A stretch of 64,000 bases of DNA, from positions 1-64,000 of the IMG/VR virus record IMGVR_UViG_2974512537_000001. The stretch is one strand, 5' to 3'. The position numbers were made by a program, and so were the translations under genes. The DNA comes from a virus (Duplodnaviria > Caudoviricetes). Every line of letters begins with the position of its first letter. The first letter of the stretch is position 1. Below the pieces are notes generated by a model. That model saw only the letters and a list, made by a program, of their open reading frames with translations. It had not been told where the DNA came from and ran no database searches. Shown here piece after piece: positions 57,406 to 64,000 of this stretch.

Positions 57406-59184
57406 TTAAAGTTTTCGTGGTAGATATTTTAATACCATCTTGGAATCTTCCAAGTCACCAACCATGTTAAGTGAGTTAACACCCGGCTTTAATTTAGGAT
57501 AGCTGGTAGACCAAACTGGATAAGCGATTCTACCACCAATTGTTGTCCGTTGCGCTTCTGAATCCATGACAATTTCAGAACCAGCACTAGCGACATATGT
57601 TGGTGTTGATGAGCTTGGTACGTCATTGTGCTTCCATAAGTCAATGCTAGTCAAGGATAAATAAGGCGCCCGATACTTAATGTTTTTATCGTCCTCGGTG
57701 ATAGAGTGCTTTAAGAACATGACCCCAAAACCACCCAATGCTGTTTGGTACTTATCGCCAGTATTAATTGGTTGTTGTGAATGAGCAATCAAATATTTGT
57801 TAGGGTTGGTATATGGTTGTCCGTTGTCAAGGTTATATTGGACAACTGACCAGCTCCATGTATTACCGACATGTTGTAAATCCATTTTAATCCAGCCGTC
57901 AGTCAAAGCACCAGTTTCTTGACGGTTCCACACAGTAACATAAGTGTCTACCTTTTGGTTGATAGTTTTCTTTGTTACCTTACCATTTCTTGAACGAGTT
58001 CTGATTGTTTTCCTAACCGTCTTAGTACCAGTTTTAATCTTAATTGCCATATCTCTCTTATTTGTAAAAGCTCCGCTAGGCCCAGTTGTGGTTAATAAAT
58101 CACGATGTTTTCCATCGTGAGGAGCGAACGTTGAACCCGGCTGACAAATTTGTAACCGGCACCGCGGCCGACCGCCACCTCCGGGGTCAACGATACAGAA
58201 GTTACCGATTGTCTTACCGTTAGTATCAGTCCATTGGAACTGAACCGCACCCATAGCACGTTGGTCGTGTGTGCTGTTATAGCGTCCGTGATGAATACCG
58301 ACTTTTAAGCGCCAATCAGTAAGTGATTGTGTTAAACCAGTATACCTTAAAGCTGGGCCATACCAACCTGATTGATGAGTCCCGAATTGTTGATTGTAAC
58401 CACCGGGGTCACGCTTAACTGTCATGGCGGAAGTATCACTCTTAATCATCGCTTCTCCTTGGAATACGGTATAGTCACCGCCATTAGGCCCAACCAAACC
58501 ACCAATAGCACTTGCATCATTCGTCCACATTGCCATTGTTTCAACAGGGTCGCCCAACACCTTTTCCCACTCTTGAACAGCCTGTTCTTGTTCCATCGGG
58601 TCTTCTGGGCCGATACCGTAGTTACCACCATTAAGAGTGTAGCCCACGTATCTTAGTGCCCTCTTAGGGATAATCTGAATGACTGGCTCTGTTTGTGCTG
58701 TACCGTCAACCGTGATAACATTTAGCCCCGGCTTTAAGTCAACCTCAACTTGCGGTAAAGTCGCTCGTGGGTCAGACATTACGAACGTAATCGTAGAAGT
58801 AGAATCCCAAGTGCCCTCTTGCGTTACTTGCGGGTCGCTAATTGCGGTGATATGTCCCCAATAAGTTAAATCTGGTTGGAAGCCAAAGACCAACGGAATT
58901 TCTTGGTCATTGTCTGGTTCATCTGTTAATAACAGTCCAGCCAAAGTTTGTGCATATTCAACGTATGATTTCGAGTTATGTGGTGCCATAATTGTAATTG
59001 GAATATTAATTGTTTTTGTGGTATAATCAATACCACCGAAATGAACCCCGTATTTTGCCGGAATGTCGGTTGATAGTTCCGACATTGTCGGCGCAATCGG
59101 TGGGAGCACCATTCCCATGATAACATGTAAGTCTGTGCGACTGTTAAGGCCGCCCAAGCTAAATTCATCTTCTTTTAATGCCAA
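57406..59184 (-). CDS. distal tail protein (evolved Dit with a large insertion)
   Basis: FSLGG...PGVNSL termini; follows the tape measure. Confidence 0.8.
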   Translation of the reverse strand: MALKEDEFSLGGLNSRTDLHVIMGMVLPPIAPTMSELSTDIPAKYGVHFGGIDYTTKTINIPITIMAPHNSKSYVEYAQTLAGLLLTDEPDNDQEIPLVFGFQPDLTYWGHITAISDPQVTQEGTWDSTSTITFVMSDPRATLPQVEVDLKPGLNVITVDGTAQTEPVIQIIPKRALRYVGYTLNGGNYGIGPEDPMEQEQAVQEWEKVLGDPVETMAMWTNDASAIGGLVGPNGGDYTVFQGEAMIKSDTSAMTVKRDPGGYNQQFGTHQSGWYGPALRYTGLTQSLTDWRLKVGIHHGRYNSTHDQRAMGAVQFQWTDTNGKTIGNFCIVDPGGGGRPRCRLQICQPGSTFAPHDGKHRDLLTTTGPSGAFTNKRDMAIKIKTGTKTVRKTIRTRSRNGKVTKKTINQKVDTYVTVWNRQETGALTDGWIKMDLQHVGNTWSWSVVQYNLDNGQPYTNPNKYLIAHSQQPINTGDKYQTALGGFGVMFLKHSITEDDKNIKYRAPYLSLTSIDLWKHNDVPSSSTPTYVASAGSEIVMDSEAQRTTIGGRIAYPVWSTSYPKLKPGVNSLNMVGDLEDSKMVLKYLPRKL

Positions 59185-59252
59185 TGGTCAAACCCCCTAT
59201 AAAATGTGTTTTTTATTGCGAATATGTACACGAGGGTTGCCCCTCGTATAAC

Positions 59253-62200
59253 CTAGTTAATCAAGTTGTTGTATCTTGCTTTAGCTAGGCGTTGTGCTTC
59301 AACAGCGTCTACGACACTTTGAGAAGCAACGTAAGCAACGTTTGGCGTATTGTTTGATGACAAGATAGCTTGCAATAATGCGTTCGTTTGCTGGATAGCG
59401 ACCGCAATCTGGTCGAGCTTTTCGCTATCAGCAGACTTTACATTTTGAGTATCTACGGTAGTAGCAACGTTCCCGCTTTCGAGATAACTAATTGATTGCT
59501 TCAATTGACGAATTGCGGCGTCTTTGTTGGTCAAAGACACAACCATTTCTGGTTTGTTGTGTTCCGCAATGTTAATCATTTGAGCTTTGTCAACAAGTCC
59601 GCCATGTTCCATACCCTTAATGTAGCGGTATACAGCAGAGGCGTTCCGCAGACGAGCACCACCAGAAGCGTCCATGTTACCACCGGATTCCCAAGTTGCA
59701 AAGAATCTTTGAGCGGCGGCAGTAGGATTTGTCATTCTCAATACGGATTTTAACATGCCGTTTGCGCCGGGTTCATTTAAGGCATAGCCAATCTGACCAG
59801 CGGCAGAGTTCCATGCGTAGCCATGTCTTCTTAACCAGTTACGTAGCCCAGTTTCACGAGTGAACGTCCACTGACCCAAACCAGTACCGTGGTCACTGGC
59901 GTTGACGGCGGAAGGGTTCAAGTTGGATTCTTGAATCCAGTTACCTAAGATACCGGCAATACCACCGTTATTTGAAGCTGGATAAGCCTTTTTGAACGCT
60001 TTAGCTAACGCCCGTGCGCGTGAAGCAACGCTACCACCGAGCTTGACGTTACCGACAAGTTGTTCATCTTGGCCTGCTTTTAACATCTTTTTGAACCAGC
60101 TAGTAAGGGAGTGGATAACAATATCACCAGTCATACCAACAGCTTTAGCGGCGATACCACCACCCTTTGCCAGAGCGTTTAATGGTGAGGCAATCATAGC
60201 TGATAAATACTTAGCAGGTGATTTAATCATCTTACCTAAGTTATCAATAAGTTTAGAAGCTTTAGTTTTAACTCCAGAGAACCAGTTACCAACGCCATGA
60301 ACGGCGCCGCCAATAGCGCTACCAATACCATCTAACCAACCAGTTGCAGAAGCGAATGCTGGGATTTTACCACCATTGTGTTCAAGGTAAGGCTGGATTA
60401 CTCTAGCGTCTTCACCTTTGGCGATTTCCGTACCTTTTGGCAAGTTTACAATGATATTGCGCTTGTTAGGGAACATACCCATGCGGCCATCTGGTAGCTT
60501 ATAAGCTTCACGCCAGTAACGTGACTTGGCGTCATTTACTAACGCTGGGCCTCCCGGCGTACCTTTAGCGTAGGTGCTTAGCTTAGCCGAACCGTAACTA
60601 GCTGTGCTAAGTCTAAAGCTCTTGCCAACACCGATTTTCTTTTCGACACCGTTAATGGCTCCGGCAACGGCATTCCAACCTTTAACAACAGGGTGAATAA
60701 CACCATTGTTAACAATTCCGGCCATTGCGTTCCAGATACCATGCCATGCACCTTTTAGTGCGCCGGAAATCCGACCCGGCAACTTCTTAAAGAAACTTGC
60801 CATGTTATTACCGAATTTAGAGATATTTTTCCAAATACCCTTAATCCAGCCGCCGATGGTGTTAGATACATTTTTCCATGCTTTGGCAACCGGTGATAGC
60901 AAGTTTCTGAACCACTTAGTCACATTTTTGTAGATTTTTTGAGCCCAACTACCAATCGCATTAGAGATAGATTTCCACCATCTACCAGCAGTTTTGGAAA
61001 TTGATTGCCAAGCCTTAGCTACGGGGCTTAACAGCCTTCCGACCCACTTAGTAGCAGTTTTGTAGAGATTATGAACCCAGCGACCAACAGTTCCTGATAT
61101 GTTCTTCCACCATTTTTCAGCAGTTTTAGAGATGGAATGCCAAGTTTTAGCCAATGGACTTACTAATTTTCCAATCCATTTAGTGGCGGTGTGGTACATA
61201 TCCTTAACAAATTTTGTGACAGTTTTTAAAGCGCCACTCCATGCCTTAGAAATGCCTTTACCGATTTTACCCATCGTTTTTTGAATTGGTTTGACCATAT
61301 TGTCAATGGTCTTACGAACGTCCTTGGCCCATCTTCCAATTGTCTTGCCGACCTTAGAGAAGATTTTGCCCATGCTTCCGAGAGCCTTACCAATTCCCTT
61401 AAATAACTTGACTAAACCGATTGCGGCTAACTTTCCGGCAATTGCTCCTAGGGCGGCAATAAACTTGCCAATACCCTTAACCACACCGGCAATATCCTTG
61501 CCAATCGTTACAATTGACTTACCAACTGGGCTGGTCTTAAACCACTTACCAATTTTCTTAAAAGGTGTTTGAATTGCCTTAACTGCTGGAGCAAAGAACT
61601 TACCAATCCCCTTAGCCCAGCCTGACATGGTTTTACCGACACCGGCCAGCATTTTAGAGATTGATTTTCCGATACCTGTTTTGCCAAGACCAGAGAACAT
61701 CTTACTAAATGCTGAACTGATTGATTTGCCAAGACTACTTAAACTAGGCATTTTAAGCCCTTTGAACAATCCGCTAAACCACTTACCAATTCCACTAATT
61801 TTAGGCAGTTTAAAGTTCTTAAACATTTTGCCAAAGTTAGGCATTTTAAAGCCTTTGAACATTTTATCAAAGTGAATACTTGGTAGCTTTAGCTTACTAA
61901 TCCACTTACCAATGCCACCAAACCAATCACCGATTGATTTTTTAATAGTGGACATTTTAGGCATTTTGAAGTGTTTCATGGACTTCTGGATTTTTTTACC
62001 TAGTTTTCCGCCCCAGTCGCCACCTTTGTCACCACCGATAAAGTTACCGGCAAGTCCACCAACGGTAGAACCAATCTTAGCACCGGCTACTGTCCCTGCC
62101 GGGCCAAAGAAAGTACCAAGTCCACCACCGACTAGACCACCAACACCAGTACCGATAGCACCAGCGCCGACTGAACCGGCCAATTGGCCAACAGTAGAAC

Positions 62201-64000
62201 CAATCTTTTCGCCAGAATTATGTTTATTCATACCGATGAGGTTAGTTGCGGCAAAGGCAGTTTGGAGCCAAGGAACACGTTTAAGGAGGCCGCCAGTACC
62301 CCGTGCTAGTTTACCAAGCTTGGAGCCGGTAGTACCAATCCTACCAACTCTTGATGAGATAGATTCGGCGTCTTCTGTGGTCGTTTGACCTTTAGCCATA
62401 CGCTTTAGGACAGACAATTTAGACCGAGATTTCTTGGCCGCCTTGTATTCCTCACGGGTTCCAACAGATTCTATCGTGGAACCACCTTTTCCGCCCCGTC
62501 CTTTAGAACCGCCACCGACACCAGCTCCGGCTTCTGACGCTTCTGCTCCAGCGGCTTCTCCGGCCTCGCCCCAAGCCGCCGCAAGAGCTTTAACAGCGGC
62601 CGTTTGTTCGTTAATTGCGGCTATGGCAGATTTACTTGAACTGGCAGTTTCAATCTTAGACTTGCTGAATAGTTTAGAAATAACGGTAGCGATTGTTCCT
62701 GAATTACGAATGAAAGCGGCAATTACACCAGTAACAGCACTAATTGCTGGAACCAATAGAAGCGTTGCTCCGGCGGCTTTTTTAGCGGAAGGACTTAGCT
62801 TATCAAACTTATCCATTAATCCGGTCAGCGCCTTAGCGCCTTTGGTTAAATATGGAAGTAATACGTTTGCAAACTCAATCTCTAAAGCTTGAAAAGTGAC
62901 CTTAAACTTGTTAAACTGGTTTTGCGCAGTTTCCATGTTCTTTGCAGATAGACCACCAATGTAGTCATTTTTTGCAGACCTAGCAACCTCGTCATTAAGT
63001 TTTCCAAGTGATTTATAATTATCAGTTAAGATACCACCGGCTTGTTGACCAGTCGTACCAAAGATTGCATGGAACACGTCAGTACGGTCATGACCAGATA
63101 AGCCCTTCATGTGACGGTTCAAAATGCCGAAGATTTCCGACATTGACTTCATCTTACCGTTCTTATCTGTAAAACTACTTGTTGATAATCCTAATTTCTT
63201 CAAAGCGCCAGTAGCGTTATCAGTAGGAGATACCAATGAGTTAATCGTCTTACGTAATCCAGTACCAGCCTTGTCAGATTCCAAACCGTTGTTGGATAAA
63301 ATACCCATGGCACTAGCAGTTTCGGAAATACTAAATCCAGCTTGGTGAGCTGTGTTACCAACGTATTCCATACCTTTACCTAAACTCTGGAAGTCGGTAG
63401 CCGTCATATCAGCGGCGTAGGCCATTTCATTAACGACCTTAGCCGTATTCTTAGCCATTTTACCGGTGGTATTCGCTCTTAGACCGAATGATTCCAAAGT
63501 CTGCGTAGAAACGGCTGTGACGTCATTAAAGTCATCACCAGTGGCGATAGCACCTTTAACCAACGTCTTCATCGCGCCTACCGCCTGTGATGAACTATAA
63601 CCACGTTTGATTAAGTCTTGATAGCCATCAGCAATTTGTTTTTGCGTCAAACCATATTCCTTAGAATAAGCTTTGGCGTTTTCTTTCATTTTAGCGAGGT
63701 TACGATTAATCTCTTTGGTTCCTTCTGTGTTAGACTGAACGATTAAGTTCTTAGTCTTTGTAAAAGAAGCCTGTAATGAGGTTGCCATCGTAACGCCTTG
63801 CTTAGTCACAGCGGCAAGCCCTAAGGTTGCATAACCAGTACCACGAGAAACAGCAGACATCGCAGTGGCAACGCCAGAATATTTTTTCTGCATACCACCA
63901 ATTTTGTCGCTGAATGAGTTTATCGCTGTACCAGATAGGCCAACACGCTTGTTTAAAGAACGGATTTTTGATTCCGTTGCCCCAATTTTCGCACCTAGTT
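59253..64000 (-). CDS. tape measure protein (5'-truncated) with a C-terminal tail-lysozyme domain
   Basis: TMP core, Trp-periodic repeats, GILGNWIQES...GLGQWT; frame stays open to the window edge. Confidence 0.93.
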   Translation of the reverse strand, partial: LGAKIGATESKIRSLNKRVGLSGTAINSFSDKIGGMQKKYSGVATAMSAVSRGTGYATLGLAAVTKQGVTMATSLQASFTKTKNLIVQSNTEGTKEINRNLAKMKENAKAYSKEYGLTQKQIADGYQDLIKRGYSSSQAVGAMKTLVKGAIATGDDFNDVTAVSTQTLESFGLRANTTGKMAKNTAKVVNEMAYAADMTATDFQSLGKGMEYVGNTAHQAGFSISETASAMGILSNNGLESDKAGTGLRKTINSLVSPTDNATGALKKLGLSTSSFTDKNGKMKSMSEIFGILNRHMKGLSGHDRTDVFHAIFGTTGQQAGGILTDNYKSLGKLNDEVARSAKNDYIGGLSAKNMETAQNQFNKFKVTFQALEIEFANVLLPYLTKGAKALTGLMDKFDKLSPSAKKAAGATLLLVPAISAVTGVIAAFIRNSGTIATVISKLFSKSKIETASSSKSAIAAINEQTAAVKALAAAWGEAGEAAGAEASEAGAGVGGGSKGRGGKGGSTIESVGTREEYKAAKKSRSKLSVLKRMAKGQTTTEDAESISSRVGRIGTTGSKLGKLARGTGGLLKRVPWLQTAFAATNLIGMNKHNSGEKIGSTVGQLAGSVGAGAIGTGVGGLVGGGLGTFFGPAGTVAGAKIGSTVGGLAGNFIGGDKGGDWGGKLGKKIQKSMKHFKMPKMSTIKKSIGDWFGGIGKWISKLKLPSIHFDKMFKGFKMPNFGKMFKNFKLPKISGIGKWFSGLFKGLKMPSLSSLGKSISSAFSKMFSGLGKTGIGKSISKMLAGVGKTMSGWAKGIGKFFAPAVKAIQTPFKKIGKWFKTSPVGKSIVTIGKDIAGVVKGIGKFIAALGAIAGKLAAIGLVKLFKGIGKALGSMGKIFSKVGKTIGRWAKDVRKTIDNMVKPIQKTMGKIGKGISKAWSGALKTVTKFVKDMYHTATKWIGKLVSPLAKTWHSISKTAEKWWKNISGTVGRWVHNLYKTATKWVGRLLSPVAKAWQSISKTAGRWWKSISNAIGSWAQKIYKNVTKWFRNLLSPVAKAWKNVSNTIGGWIKGIWKNISKFGNNMASFFKKLPGRISGALKGAWHGIWNAMAGIVNNGVIHPVVKGWNAVAGAINGVEKKIGVGKSFRLSTASYGSAKLSTYAKGTPGGPALVNDAKSRYWREAYKLPDGRMGMFPNKRNIIVNLPKGTEIAKGEDARVIQPYLEHNGGKIPAFASATGWLDGIGSAIGGAVHGVGNWFSGVKTKASKLIDNLGKMIKSPAKYLSAMIASPLNALAKGGGIAAKAVGMTGDIVIHSLTSWFKKMLKAGQDEQLVGNVKLGGSVASRARALAKAFKKAYPASNNGGIAGILGNWIQESNLNPSAVNASDHGTGLGQWTFTRETGLRNWLRRHGYAWNSAAGQIGYALNEPGANGMLKSVLRMTNPTAAAQRFFATWESGGNMDASGGARLRNASAVYRYIKGMEHGGLVDKAQMINIAEHNKPEMVVSLTNKDAAIRQLKQSISYLESGNVATTVDTQNVKSADSEKLDQIAVAIQQTNALLQAILSSNNTPNVAYVASQSVVDAVEAQRLAKARYNNLIN

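Noticed and set aside
59496-63348. Numerous plus-strand ORFs antisense to the tape measure and tail genes
   Set aside because: Shadow frames of long minus-strand genes, without RBS or domain signal

Overview
This is 64 kb of an AT-rich, SPbeta-like tailed phage (siphovirus architecture), very probably infecting Lactobacillaceae. The family assignment is inferred from gene content, not from a database search. Layout: (1) 1-9.6 kb is an early/host-takeover block of small leftward ORFs, driven by 19 near-consensus sigma-A promoters that share a leader, and bracketed by mirror-image CA-rich and GT-rich tracts. (2) 9.9-25.5 kb runs leftward: accessory genes (thymidine kinase, tandem paralog families, YopX, HNH, a stand-alone degenerate Hint domain, MazG) and replication genes (RecJ-like, primase, DnaB-like helicase, deoxynucleoside kinase). 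(3) 25.7-26.6 kb is a large, highly structured non-coding transcription unit that looks like a ROOL RNA plus a further structured 3' element. (4) 26.7-45.2 kb runs rightward: SSB, AAA ATPase, phosphoesterase, PnuC, NrdH, lipoprotein, an orphan MazF operon, a secreted LysM-transglycosylase, and dnaE split in its catalytic PD/IDxD motif by a group I intron carrying a GIY-YIG endonuclease. (5) 45.2-64 kb runs leftward: tyrosine recombinase, lysis cassette with a signal-peptide endolysin, tail fibre, Tal, Dit and a tape measure truncated by the window edge. No tRNA, CRISPR array or reverse transcriptase was seen. Top leads are the ROOL-like RNA unit, the catalytically dead stand-alone intein fold, the antitoxin-less MazF operon together with hairpin-GUACAUA elements in late intergenic regions, and the promoter-cassette array with 'empty' cassettes.
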